63,259 bases of DNA, filler included, from Chiloscyllium plagiosum (GCF_004010195.1; 4 parts of one record of this genome joined end to end with filler, not necessarily neighbours in it); one strand, 5' to 3'; positions 1 through 12,234 are shown, counted from the first letter of the whole stretch. Notes: generated by a model not told the origin, from the letters alone. Numbers and translations are program-made.

Positions 1-258
1 GAGGTGTCAGAGATGGTCCAGGTAAATTTAAGGTCAGGGTGGAATGTGTTGGTGAAGTTGATGAATTGCTCAACCTCCTCGTGGGAGCATGAGGTGGTGC
101 CAATGCAGTCATCAATGTAGCGGAGGAAGAGGTGGGGAGTGGTGCTGGTGTAATTACAGAAGATCAACTGCACTACGCAGCTAACAAAGAGACAGGCATA
201 GCTGGGGCCCATACGTGTGCCCATGGCTACCCCTTTGGTCTGGAGGAAGTGGGAGACA
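1..258 (-). mobile_element. Penelope-like element RT fragment
   Basis: Minus-strand translation gives SHFLQTKGVAMGTRMGPSYACLFV ... LFLRYIDDCIG ... FINFTNTFHPDLKFTW (PLE-type GxAMG and YIDD motifs). Confidence 0.85.
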
Positions 259-470
259 TGAGCATCCTTGGGTCTGAGCATGTTTATGTTCAATCTCTAC
301 CTCTGAATTCCTTCTCTATCCAATCACACACCTTGCCTGTGCTCCATTATTCTTCCCCAGACTGCATCTCTCTGGTAACTCTTGCTTTCTCTCCTCAGAC
401 CTGCTGAGTTTCTCCAGTGCTTTCTGTTTATGTTTCAGATCTCCAGCATTCACAATTCTTTGATTTAATT

Positions 471-880
471 TGAGGAGGATGGGCCGGTGCTCATTGGAGT
501 TTAGATGGATGAGAGGTGACCTTACTGAAACGTGCAGGATTCTCAGGGGATGTGACAGGGGGAGATGTGGGAAGGGTGTTCCCCCTTGTGAGGGAGAGAC
601 TAGGACCAGAGGGAATCATCTCAGAATAAGGGCACACCCATTGGAGACAGGGATGAGGAGGAATGTCTTCCCTCGGAGGGGAGTGAATCTGTGGGAGTCT
701 TTCCCCCTGAGGGCTGTCGGGGCTGGGTCATTCAAGGCTGAGACAGAGAGAGTTTTAATCAGGGAGGGGATCGAGGGTTATGGGGGAAAGGCAGGAAAGT
801 GGGGTTGGGGATGATCAGATCAGACACGATCCTATTGAATGGTGGAGAGAGACTCGATGGGCCGAATGGCCTATATCTGC
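471..880 (+). mobile_element. CR1-type LINE 3' fragment
   Basis: SLEFRWMRGDLTET ... TRTRGNHLRI C-terminal motif plus 3' tail. Near-identical copies lie at 24.6, 44.5 and 47.9 kb. Confidence 0.85.
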
Positions 881-1529
881 CCAGTCAGTGGCCTCTTGTC
901 TCACCTTGGGATATCTTTCCAGCCTCAGCCTCCACACTGAGAAATCCCCTTCATCTTTGACTTTAATCTTCACTTCCACTTGGCTTTCTGCTCTCCCTCG
1001 GAGTTTGAAATGTCCTGTCCTGACCTACCACCTGTACATCCCCTTCCCATCACTGCCTCTGTCCATTCAGCCTCTCTGTCTGACACACACAGCTACTCAT
1101 GAACTATAATTCCCTCCAATTAGACGCGAGGAAATCAAACTGCTTTTCACCTTGCCTTCCCTCCCCTTGGCCGAGATTGTGAAATCTGCTGATTATAGTC
1201 TTGTTTGAGTTGAGATGCCATAACCCTCTAAAGGCCAGGAACACTCACCTTAATAAAAGCACCCAGCTCAGCTCACCGCCTGACTGAACCCTCAGCTCTG
1301 TCATTGTAGCCTCCTGGCTTGACTTTTCTAACATCCCCTTGGAACACAAGACCATCAGATATAGGAACAGAATAAGGTCATTCACCCCACCAGGTCTGCT
1401 CCACCACGCACTCGCGGCTGACATAGAGTCATAGTGTAACACAGTATGGAAACTGACCCTTTGGTTTAATTGTCCATGCGGAACACGTTTCCCAAACTAA
1501 ACTAGTCCTATTTTCCTGTATTTAGCATA

Positions 1530-2363
1530 ATTTTGCTAGTGACACTACCATGGTCAACTAGATAACGGACAATGATGAGGCAAAATACAGAAGTGAGGTA
1601 GAGGGCTTGGTGTTGCGGCGCAATAAGAACACCCTCTCTCTCAACATCAGCAAAACCAAAGAGAGGATCATTGATTTCTGAAAGTAAGGGGGAGAACACC
1701 CCCATCTACATCAGTGGAGCTGAGGTTGAAAGGGTGGAGAGCATCACGTTCCTCGGAGTGACGATATCCGACAACCTATCCTACACTTCCCACGTAGATG
1801 TGATGGTAAAGAAGGAACAATGCCTCCTCTTCCTCAGGTGGCTCAGGAAATTTGGCATGTCCAGAAGGACCCTCACCAACTTCTCCAGATGCACCATTGA
1901 AAGCATATGGTCCAGGTGCCTAACGGCCTGGTATGGCAACAGCTCTGCCCCAGGACCGTTAGACACTACAGATGGTTGTGTGTACAGCCCAGACCATCAC
2001 GGAAGCCAACCTTCCATCCATGGACCCCATTTGCACAGCTCGCTGTCACGGAAAGGCAGTCAACATTAAAGACCCTGGTGATAATCTTCTACAACCTCCT
2101 TTGTCAGGGAGTTACAGAAACCAGCACCCTCGCACCAGCAGGTTCAGGAACAGCTTCTTCCTGCTGTTATCAGACTGACGAACGGACATCTCCAACTTCA
2201 AATAATGTTAATTTTACTTTGTACACCTCCCGTTCAGCAGTAACCCTGTATGCTTCACTTTGTCCTTGTTTGCTATGATCTGCCTGTATTGCTCACAAAA
2301 CAAAACATTTCACTGTACTTAGGTACATGTGACAACAATAAATCAAATCAAATCAAATCAAAT
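1530..2363 (+). mobile_element. Rex1/Babar LINE 3' fragment nested in a HER1 tail
   Basis: SKTKERIIDF ... VERVESITFLGVTISDNL ... CTIESI ... TAWYGN, then an (AAATC)n tail. Flanks 1425-1530 and 2364-2550 are contiguous pieces of a minus-strand HER1/CR1 3' end. Confidence 0.85.
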
Positions 2364-2554
2364 ATCCCTCTGAACCTTTCCTAAACACGTACCTGCATCT
2401 ATCACTTCCTCTGGTAGTTCATCCCACACACAAACCACCATCGAAAAAGATTGCCCCTCAGGTTCCTTTTACACCCTTCTCCTCTCACTTTAAAAATATG
2501 TCCCCTGGTTTTGAACTCTCTCACCCTAGAGAAAAGACCTTTGTCTTTCACCTT

Positions 2555-3545
2555 CTCCCTCTAAATGTTGACCCCTTACTAAACAGGATCCTATCTCTCT
2601 CGGTCTTAAACACACTCAGTGACTTGGCCTCCACAGCTCTCTGTGGGTGAGACCCATGGATTCCCCACCCTCTGGCTGAAGAAATTCCTCTTTATCCCAT
2701 TTCTAAAGGGTTGTCCTTTCACCCTGAGGCTGTGCCCTCGGGTCCTAGTCTCTCCTACTAGCGGAAACATCTTCTCCACCTCCGCTCTATGTAGGCCTCT
2801 CAGTATTCTGTAAGTTTCAGATTCCCCCTTATCCTTTTAAACTCCATTCAGACCTCCACCACTCCTCAGATGATAAGCCCTTCAGCCCCGGGATTATTCT
2901 AGTAAAGCCTCCCCTGGCCCCCTCCAATGCCAGCACATCCTTCCTTAGATACAGGACCCAAACCTGCTCACAATATTCCAAATGCAGTCTGACCACAGCC
3001 TTACTCAGCCTCAGCAGTACATCCCTGCTCTTGTATTCTAACCCACTTGAAATGAAAGCTAACATTACATTTACCTTCCTAACTGCCAACTGAACCTGCA
3101 TGTGAACCTGAAGGGAATCCTGAACTAGGAATCCCAAGCCCCTTTGTGTTTCACGTTTCCGAAGCCTTTCCCCGTTTAGATAATAGTCTCTGCCTCTATT
3201 CCTCCTCCCAAAGTGTATCACCTCACACTCTCCCACACTGTATTCCATCTGCCACTTGTTTGCCCAGTCTCCCAGTCTGTCCAAGTCCTTCTGCAGTCTC
3301 CCTGCTTCCTCAACACGACCTGTCCCTCCACCTGGCTTCGTGTCATCTGCAAACAATGATGCCCTCAGTTCCTTCATCCAGGTCATTAATATATAACGTG
3401 AATAGTTGTGGTCCCAACACTGACCACTAGTCCCAACAGAATTCCACTAGTCACCGTCCACCATCCTGAAACAGACCCCTCTATAATCATTCTCTGCACC
3501 CTGTCAGTCAGCCAGCCCTCTATCTATGCGAGTACCTTGCCCCTA
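2555..3545 (-). mobile_element. CR1 LINE RT C-terminal fragment
   Basis: ORF 2829-3386 contains FADDTK, LQKDLDRL, WQMEY and VRLHLEYCEQVW. Confidence 0.9.
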
Positions 3546-3549
3546 ATAC

Positions 3550-3995
3550 GTAACCTGCCTTTTATTCAATCAAACAGCATTTACTGCTCACAGTGTGATC
3601 TCCTCCACACAGGGGAATTGAAGCGTAGACTAGGTGACCACAGAACACCTCCATCCTGCCCACAAAAAAACACCCTGAGCTTCCAGTTCCCTGCCACTTT
3701 AACATCCCACCCTGTTCCCAGGCCAACATCCCTGTCTCAGGCTTGGTGCAGTGCTCTGACAAACCTCCGCGCTCTTTTGTCTGTCCAGCTGTTTTCTCTC
3801 TCTCTCTTTGACCTCCATCTCCACCTATTGTTCACTCCTTACCTCCTTCCCCACCCCCCCACCCTCCCTTCAGCAGGAAAAAAACCCAGCTTTTTCCTCA
3901 ATACCGTCAGTTCACTGGGCCAGAAACGTTAACTCCACTTCCTCCCCACAGGCCGCTGCCAGACCTGCTGAGCTTTTCCAGCAGTTGCTGGTTTC
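3550..3995 (+). mobile_element. Penelope-like GIY-YIG fragment plus terminal repeat
   Basis: IYCSQCDLLHTGELKRRLGDH ... PVPCHFN, followed by the gaaacgttaac...gccagacctgctgagc terminal repeat. Confidence 0.7.
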
Positions 3996-4787
3996 GATGT
4001 AAAAGGTATCGGGTTAGGGGAAGGAGTGTTTCTGGACGAGCCGTTTCTGAGATGGTTGAGTGAAGTTGATGTTGTTGATGTTGAGTGATGTTCTTTGTGG
4101 TTTAACAGAACATAGCCTCAGTGGACTGCTCCTCTAACAATCTAACACATTGATACAACCAGAGGAAATGTGAAAGGATCTCATGTATTTTGGTTAACCA
4201 GACGGGAGAGCAGAGAGCATTCACACTGACTCAATACCTGATATCAAAAGATACCCTAAGGTGTGTCAGAGAGAAGTAAACAAACAACAAGATGAGACAA
4301 AATTCTTGAAACAAGTGATGCGTTGAAAGAGCAGCTGTAATGAACAGAAAGCAATGGGTTGAATCTTCCCAGCGTTTGTACGGGACGGGCCACAGGGTTT
4401 GAACGGTGAGTCAGGATACCTATCAGTGAGCAGTCAGAGGTTTATTTACCTGACATTAGCACGTGTTAACATCAGCTCGCAGTCTCCCATCCTACCAACC
4501 AGGGGGGAGAAGGGAGACCTGGACAATTCCCATCGTGGGAGTCTGAGCAGGTCCCTGACGTTTCCGGCTCCTCACTCTCTCAATCTTGCAACTACCAACC
4601 GGATTCATCCCTCCCACCGACCAACCAGGTGGTACCCATCACCTGTGTTCACCTATCACTACCTCATCACACCCCCCCCATCCAAAACTCTTCCCCACCC
4701 CCTCTCCCCCTTTATCTGCAGCTCCCCCCACACCCACACCCTGTCCTGAGGAAGGGTTACATCTGAAACCCCGTTGACTCCTCCACC

Positions 4788-5520
4788 TCCTGATGCTGCC
4801 TGCCTTGCGGTGTTCCCCCCGCCTCCTGCCTGTCCCTCCTGATGCTGCCTGCCTTGCTGTGTTCCCCCCGCCTCCTGCCTGTCCCTCCTGATGCTGCCTG
4901 CCTTGCTGTGTTCCTCCTGCCTGTCCCTCCTGATGCTGCCTGCCTTGCTGTGTTCCTCCTGCCTGTCCCTCCTGATGCTGCCTGCCTTGCTGTGTTCCTC
5001 CTGCCTGTCCCTCCTGATGCTGCCTGCCTTGCTGTGTTCCTCCTGCCTGTCCCTCCTGATGCTGCCTGCCTTGCTGTGTTCCTCCTGCCTGTCCCTCCTG
5101 ATGCTGCCTGCCTTGCTGTGTTCCTCCTGCCTGTCCCTCCTGATGCTGCCTGCCTTGCTGTGTTCCTCCTGCCTGTCCCTCCTGATGCTGCCTGGCTTGC
5201 TGTGTTCCCCCAGCCTCCTGCCTGTCCTTCCTGATGCTGCCTGGCTTGCTGTGTTCCCCCAGCCTCCTGCCTGTCCTTCCTGATGCTGCCTGGCTTGCTG
5301 TGTTCCCCCAGCCTCCTGCCTGTCCTTCCTGATGCTGCCTGGCTTGCTGTGTTCCCCCAGCCTCCTGCCTGTCCTTCCTGATGCTGCCTGCCTCGCTGTG
5401 TTCCTCCAGCCTCCTGCCTGTCCCTCCTGATGCTGCCTGCCTTGCTGTGTTCCTCCAGCCTCCTGCCTGTCCCTCCTGATGCTGCCTGCCTTGCTGTGTT
5501 CCTCCAGCCTCCTGCCTGTC
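4788..5520. repeat. Minisatellite (42- and ~49-50-bp units) derived from a Penelope terminal repeat
   Basis: Roughly 16 copies of cctgatgctgcctgccttgctgtgttcc(...)tcctgcctgtccct, embedded in a pLTR (~4575-5560). It explains the repetitive ORFs at 4639-5538. Confidence 0.9.
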
Positions 5521-5648
5521 TACCTTGGAGTCCAGCATCTGCAGGTTTTTTTTCTCTCTCTAACTCAATATCTCAGGGCACACTCCATCGACAGTGACCA
5601 TACACACTCCCTGGCCATGAAGGTTGGTATCAGCCTCAGTGCATTATC

Positions 5649-5764
5649 CCTGAAGAAGGGCTTATGCCCGAAACGTCGATTCTCCTGTTCCCTGGATGCT
5701 GCCTGACCTCCTGTTCCCTGGATGCTGCCTGACCTGCTGCGCTTTTCCAGCAACACATTTTCAG
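5649..5764 (+). mobile_element. Short Penelope terminal-repeat insertion with 14-bp TSD
   Basis: TSD ctcagtgcattatc at 5635-5648 and 5765-5778. Carries the hammerhead-like core CTGAAGA-A-GGGC-ttat-GCCC-GAAAC-GTC. Confidence 0.8.
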
Positions 5765-5782
5765 CTCAGTGCATTATCATGG

Positions 5783-6072
5783 TGGCGCGGTGGCACAGTG
5801 GTTAGCGCTGCTGCCTCACAGCGCCAGAGACCCGGGTTCAATTCCCACCTCGGGCGATTGTCTGTGTGGAGTTTGCACATTCTCCCCGTGTCTGCGTGGG
5901 CTTCCTCTGGGTGCTCCCAGGTGGGCCACGCTAAATTGCCCGTAGTGTTAGGTGAAGGGGTAAATGTAGGGGAATGGGTCTGGGTGAGTTGCTCTTCAGA
6001 GGGTTAGTGTGGACTTGTTGGGCTGAAGGGCCTGTTTCCACACGGTAGGGAATCTAAAAGAGTAAATCTAAT
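5783..6072 (+). mobile_element. HE1 SINE (tRNA-derived)
   Basis: A box ggtggcacagtggttag, B box gggttcaattccc, V-SINE core tgtgtggagtttgcacattctccccgtgtctgcgtggg and an AATCT tail. Confidence 0.9.
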
Positions 6073-6902
6073 CGATGGAACCTCTCCAACACACACAGAG
6101 CTGCAGTTTTGAATGCACCCCCGGCATTGGAGCATGCAGTCAGGGACACGCTCTCACCTCGGGCATTGGGACTGAGCTCGATTACAGAGCTTTCCTGGTG
6201 CCCTCCTACTGCTCAATCACTCTGTCTCTGCCCTCGCCTTCCCACGCAATGCCCCCTCAGCCAGAGCATCCTTGGCCTTCCACCTTGGCCTGTCATTACA
6301 GACGCACAGCAAGATCCCAGAAGCAGCAAAGTGATCATCGGCAGACCATTTGTGATTTCTTTTTTCTAACCAATCAGATCAGAAATGTTCTTTCACACCT
6401 CTGGGACTTGACCCTCTGGTCTCCTGGCCTACAGGTAGGGACACTACCACGGCACCACACGGGCCTCAAGGCCTCCCCCCACCCCCCTTGTGGTGTTGGC
6501 CATGGGTTCAATGGTCCACCAAGGACACGAGGGAGATCTCTGTGCTCTTTGAGGTTCAGACAATGTTCCCAGAAGTGACAAACGGACAGCGTTGTTGTCT
6601 CAATGAGCCGACTCAGGCAATTGAGTCATTACCTCCTGAGAGTTTATGAATGACAATAATAATGAGTGAATCTCCTCGTGAATTTGTAATTGTTATCAGT
6701 AATTGTTGGGAAGCTCAGAGACAGGAGCTCAATCTCTCTCAGAGTCAGATCTGGGGGCTGGACTCTTCCAGAGACCAGTACTGTGCCCAGATTCACAGCT
6801 GGCAGTAAAACCATTGGTAGGAGATCAATTGAACAGTATCCACTCTTTTCCATTTACACCATCCCCAATGAACCTGGCCGATTATCAATAGCAGGAAATG
6901 AC

Positions 6903-7077
6903 CCCTCCCCCAGTGCTATCACACCCTGGTCAGTCTCCCCCTCTCCCCGTGCTATCACCCCCTGGTCAGTCTCCCCCTCTCCCCGTGCTATCACCCCCTG
7001 GTCAGTCTCCCCCTCTCCCCGTGCTATCACCCCCTGGTCAGTCTCCCCCTCTCCCCGTGCTATCACACCCCTCCCGT
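6903..7077. repeat. 36-bp tandem repeat (~4.7 copies)
   Basis: Unit gctatcaccccctggtcagtctccccctctccccgt. Confidence 0.95.
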
Positions 7078-7289
7078 GATGTGGGTGCCGGGTCTGTGCC
7101 CTGTCCTCCTCCTGTCACCCTCAGCTCCGTGTGTCGAGTTGCATTGTGACATCCCTTCTCTGTGCCTTGGCTGACACGGTGATTTGACCCACCAACTCTG
7201 TCATTTTCCGTTTAATAAATGAAACAAATAAAGCCTGTTAGAAGAGTTGGATCGTCATTTGACATTTGCAGAGACAGTGTTTTCGGATT

Positions 7290-7490
7290 GAAAAGCTGTG
7301 TTGCTGGAAAAGCCCAGCAGGTCAGGCAGCATCCGAGGTACAGGAGGCTCGCCATTTCCTGTGTAAACCCTTCATCAGGAACATGTTTATGCCTGAAACG
7401 TCAGTTCTCCTGCTCCTCGGATGACCTGCTGTAACTTTCCAGCACCCCACTCTCGACTCGTATCTCCAGCATCTGCTGTCCTCGATTCCT
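7290..7490. mobile_element. Inverted pair of Penelope terminal repeats
   Basis: gctggaaaagcccagcaggtcaggcagcatccgagg ... cctcggatgacctgctgtaactttccagc, i.e. the two halves are inverted. Confidence 0.7.
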
Positions 7491-7509
7491 CTGTTATTTT
7501 TGAAGGTGC

Positions 7510-8330
7510 TGTTACAGCCTTATTAAACCACACCGACTATTCTGAGCACTGACTGTACGTCAGACTAAAGCGTGGTTTGCAGTTTCTCCAACCACACTGT
7601 GTGCTTTCATTCTTGTTTATGAAGATGAAGCCACAGAGGTGTGACTGACCCACTACACACTTCAAACCTGTTCAGACCAGATCAGAGTCAGCTCTTCACT
7701 GGTGCTCTGGCCAAATCAAACCACATGCTCCTCATTCATAATGACCAGAATACAGACTGAATTAAACCAGATCATGTTCACAAAACCCAAAACAAAACAT
7801 CTCCGGCTGGATACAAGGTCATCATGTGCAGAAACATCTTGAGGGTGTTAATAGCTCACGTTATAATGATACATTGGCTTTAAGAGGTGTCTTTTGCCCT
7901 GTTTTATTTTCTGAAGAAACGTTGAGACAGAGCTCTCTGTTCAAAGCCAGTAGAGTAAACATCTTGTGAGGTCTTGGGGATTTTTTTAAAGTTGGAATAA
8001 TAGAAGCAGCCTGAACGGGTGGGGTCAAACTCTCATAGAACCAGGATTTTTAGTTTTAGCTTTCTGCAGTTGCTGGGGTCTTGAAGATGGATGTGGATGC
8101 TCTCCTTCCTCTCTCTTTACAACTACAATGTAGGGTTCTCTCCCTGCTGCTAGAATTGCATGTGAGACTCTCTCTTTTACTGAAATTGCCTTTGCCATGA
8201 GTTTGTTTATGGGATATTACTATATTAGAACAGTTAATGCTTCTTTATTTTGTTAAGCATTTTGAAAGAATTACAGTTAAGTCAATTATTCTAGTTTTAT
8301 TTTGTCTGTATTTTAACTGGAGTGTAAAAT
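7510..8330. mobile_element. LTR-like sequence(s)
   Basis: Starts at TGTTA with LTR-like composition and no ORF. Boundaries and TSD are not established. Confidence 0.3.
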
Positions 8331-8334
8331 TGTG

Positions 8335-8372
8335 GGTTGCACGGTGGCTCAGTGGTTAGCACTGCTGCCTCA
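8335..8372 (+). mobile_element. HE1 SINE head truncated by gap
   Basis: cacggtggctcagtggttagcactgctgcctca followed by Ns. Confidence 0.8.
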
Positions 8373-8872
8373 NNNNNNNNNNNNNNNNNNNNNNNNNNNN
8401 NNNNNNNNNNNNNNNNNNNNNNNNNNNNNNNNNNNNNNNNNNNNNNNNNNNNNNNNNNNNNNNNNNNNNNNNNNNNNNNNNNNNNNNNNNNNNNNNNNNN
8501 NNNNNNNNNNNNNNNNNNNNNNNNNNNNNNNNNNNNNNNNNNNNNNNNNNNNNNNNNNNNNNNNNNNNNNNNNNNNNNNNNNNNNNNNNNNNNNNNNNNN
8601 NNNNNNNNNNNNNNNNNNNNNNNNNNNNNNNNNNNNNNNNNNNNNNNNNNNNNNNNNNNNNNNNNNNNNNNNNNNNNNNNNNNNNNNNNNNNNNNNNNNN
8701 NNNNNNNNNNNNNNNNNNNNNNNNNNNNNNNNNNNNNNNNNNNNNNNNNNNNNNNNNNNNNNNNNNNNNNNNNNNNNNNNNNNNNNNNNNNNNNNNNNNN
8801 NNNNNNNNNNNNNNNNNNNNNNNNNNNNNNNNNNNNNNNNNNNNNNNNNNNNNNNNNNNNNNNNNNNNNNNN
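8373..8872. other. Assembly gap (500 N)
   Basis: N run. Confidence 1.
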
Positions 8873-9400
8873 ATTGACGTTCTCTGGAGTATTCACACAC
8901 TCATCCCTGCCTTGAACATCTGTCAGGTTTTTCTCCTTGGTGAATACTGATACCACGTATTGATTGAGGATCTCTCCCACTTCCTGTGGCTCCCCCACAA
9001 TTTCCTATCTTCCGTCTTGAGTGGGCTGACTCTTTCCCTTGCTACCCTCTTGTAACATGTGAATGAAAACCCTGGGATTCTCCTTGACCGTGTTTGTTAG
9101 GATCTCTCCCACTTCCTGTGGCTCCCCCACAGTTTCCTATCTTCCATCTTGAGTGGGCTGACTCTTTCCCTTGCTACCCTCTTGTAACATGTGAATGAAA
9201 ACCCTGGGATTCTCCTTGACCGTGTTTGTTAAAAACATTTCATGACCCCTTTTAGCCTTCCTAGTTCTGTGTTTAAGTTCCCTCCTAATTTCCCTGTCCT
9301 CCTCAAGGGCTTCATTCAGTTTGTAGCTGCCCTGACCGATCATATGCTTCCTTTTTCCTTTTGACTCAGCTGACAATTTCCCTTGTCATCCACGGTTCCC
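8873..9400 (-). mobile_element. CR1 ORF2 fragment with internal ~131-bp tandem duplication
   Basis: EVGEILNQYVVSVFTKE and KRGHE..L..TVKENPRVF motifs; 8968-9098 is repeated at 9099-9230. Confidence 0.85.
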
Positions 9401-9457
9401 TTGTCAATCTCAGTCCAGATTTTATCTTTTAAATTTAATACATGATTGCTTTAGTCT

Positions 9458-9690
9458 GAATTCCTAGCCTCTGACCTGCTCTTGCAGCCATTCTCTTTGT
9501 GTCCAGTTGTGTTTCTGGTCAACGGTAACTCCCAGGATGTTGATATGTTTCATGTCAAGGGGCGATGTTTAGATTGTCTCTTATTGGTGATGGTCATACC
9601 CCGGCATTTGCGTGGCATTAATGTTACTTGTCACTTGTCAGCCCAAGCCTGGATATTGTCCAGACCTTCGAAATGGACTGTTTCAGTAAT
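9458..9690 (-). mobile_element. CR1/L2-group LINE RT fragment
   Basis: Minus translation includes IQAWADK*QVT and AGQRLG. Same family as 12855-13385 and 33990-34360. Confidence 0.75.
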
Positions 9691-9784
9691 CGCGAAAGCC
9701 AGATTGTTTTAATTTTCCATAATGAGCTGTCCCAGTCACAACGGGAGGAATGGCCTCATTCCAGGCTGTACAATTCTAGCACGT

Positions 9785-10590
9785 TCATCTGGGGCTAGTG
9801 ACTGCCTCTTCGAACAGCAGTCCAGCCATGGCTAACAAGCCGAAAGTGAGGCCACTCATGGTGTTCATGCTATCCCTTTTCCCACCATGATGGCCACTGC
9901 TAAAAAGCTAGGAAAGCACCTCATTGTCTCCCGAGTGGTTTATGTTGTAGTTCAGTTCTCCTGTGTTCTCCACAGCAATTAGCCTGATTTCCTGCATTGA
10001 CAATGCTTCTACCGACAGCCTCTGCTACAAGTTAACGCAAGAATGTTCAATTTGTACAAATGACCTCAAAAAGATTGTTGGGATAATTTTGACAGGATGT
10101 CAAAACTGAACAAAGAACATTTGAGGTCCATTCACCTCATCTGTTTAGAATCAATAATTTTATACGGGCTGCACAAGTCTGGGCCTCACCATTCACACTG
10201 AGGATAGACTGCGTCATTCACACTGCGGACAGACTGCGTCATTCACCATCAATGATGGTCTGTCAGCCCTCACACTTGTGCTAAATCCTCAGTTGTCTTC
10301 CAAATTCTGGTGCACATTCTCAGCTCAAAGGCAACTGCTCTGTCCACTTCTTGGGGAACAGCCTGTAATTGGGAATGTCTTTTGGGTTTGTGGATGGGTC
10401 GATTTGGTTAGGATCAAGAAACTAAAAGAGAGGCAAGCACACGATTGAGTTTATAGCGCTGATCTCAGATAACAGCAAGGAGCTTGGGAACTACTGTTCC
10501 AAGTAAATTATAGAAAGATTCAGGAGTGGTAATGGGAACTTTAATATCGATTGATAATTGGTTTCTCAAACAAACATTTGAATCTGAAAA
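9785..10590 (-). pseudogene. Decayed coding relic resembling a class I viral fusion glycoprotein (paramyxovirus F / lokiretrovirus Env-like)
   Basis: With frameshifts and stops: SIDIKVPITTPESFYNL ... TGCSPRSGQSSCL*AENVHQNLEDN*GFSTSVR/AQTCAARIKII ... DEVNGPQMFFV ... VNL*QRLSVEALSMQEIRLI ... SGLTFGLLAMAGLLF. The assignment is by recalled motif and cysteine spacing only. Confidence 0.45.
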
Positions 10591-11464
10591 GTTGGAATCT
10601 CGCTCCAGGTTTTATCTTTTATAGTTAATACATGATTGTTTTAGTCTCTGTTTGACCTATTTGCACTGTTTAAATTGTTAACTCTGCCTAATGTGTCTCA
10701 TTCTAGGGAAAAAGCAGAATGCTATGTATAGTTTAGCTGGATTAAAATACATACAACAATAAAACAATGAGATCAATCATTGTGAAATTGTGCAGACGTT
10801 ATAAACATCACTAACTACCACAGTTTGTAACAGATATAGAAAACACAAAGATAATGTGGAATGTAATAAAGGTGCAAAGGTAAATACAATAAATTTAAAA
10901 TGCAGCTTAATCTACAGACTGGAGATTAAAGGTCTTTTGCAATCTTCATATTGCAGTAAAATCCATGAGTCAGGTGTTGTTAGTTTGAAGCAATTAGATT
11001 CTCAATTGTTTACATTTTTTTTGTGAAATGTATTAACAACTTCTCATGAACTATTAGGGCTAGGCAATAAATCCTGATCCAGCCAGCAACCGCCACACCC
11101 TGGGAATGGTTAACAAGGGGGTGAGGAGGAGGTTGAAGGAGTGGCCAAGCAGAGGCAGATGGAATATAATGTGCAGAGATGGGAAATTATTTCCTTCAGC
11201 AGAGAAAAAGGCACTGGAGAAAGTTGCCATTTATATAGATATCGCTGTGAATCCTCATACCAGGGAAACATTAGCCATCATTACTCACTGGTTCTTATGA
11301 GTACATGTCTTCAGACCATGTGACAGAAAACACAGAACAGGTCTCTGTACTTGATAAGATATACAATTATTACAAATACGTAGAATCCAGCGAGAGGTAA
11401 ACACGTTAAACAGTCAGCACATAACTCAACTAGCTAAAGCTCAAAACCCATTATAAGTGCCCCC

Positions 11465-11766
11465 TACACACTCTCACACACACTCACATGCATGCACATA
11501 TGCACTCACACACACTCACATAGATACTTTCACTCACACACACAAACATACACAAACATACATACACTCATGCTCATATACACACTCACTCACACATACT
11601 CACACGTGCACAATCACACATTCACTCACACATGCCCATACACACACACTAACACGCACACATACAATCACACTCACACACATACACACACAGTCTCACA
11701 CACACATGCACAGCAAAATGCACACACACATACTCTCACGCATACGCACACACGTGCGCACACACC
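11465..11766. repeat. Degenerate (CA)n microsatellite
   Basis: CA-rich run; explains the His/Thr-rich ORFs. Confidence 0.95.
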
Positions 11767-12234
11767 CCTAAAGAGACAGGAAAAAAAATTCTGGGTGTAA
11801 TTGGTAGAGGGAAAGATGAGAAAATGATTCAGTGATCCCTGCTCACAGGGTCTGCTGAACTGGCTCTTGTGCTGATCAGAACGTTGTTTTCTCAGTCCTC
11901 CTTCTCTAGATGCTGCCACTGGTTTGCAGGAGGCACTGTCCTTCCAAGGAGAGTCAGGTTAGACTTGAAAAAACATGCTGTAAACCTTAAGCAACCACAC
12001 TGATTTTTTAAAGCAGTCTCATTTCAGTCCACAATCAAAAATACAAAAATATAATCAAAATGCCATGGTCTTTCGATTACACATGAATCATAGAGGTGGT
12101 AATTAGGAATGCAAAAAGTAGCCTAGCCATTATTGTAAATAAACTGTTAAAGAATTGGTTAGATTTGCTCCAGGTCATTTGCTACCAACTCTTCCTAAGT
12201 TGTTTTATTGTCTGTTAAAGAGAATCCGTGATGG

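Noticed and set aside
4639..5538. 299-aa Q/G-rich ORF as a structural protein
   Set aside because: It is a translation of the pLTR-derived minisatellite, with no splice or promoter context.
5783..5860. tRNA gene
   Set aside because: It is the tRNA-derived head of an HE1 SINE, continuing into the SINE core; the same applies at 8335, 46760 and 56870.
8297..8998. Long ORFs spanning N runs (also 36.5-37.4, 49-50 and 55.2-55.7 kb)
   Set aside because: They are open only because N codons contain no stops.
11457..11800. His/Thr-rich ORFs
   Set aside because: They are translations of the (CA)n microsatellite.
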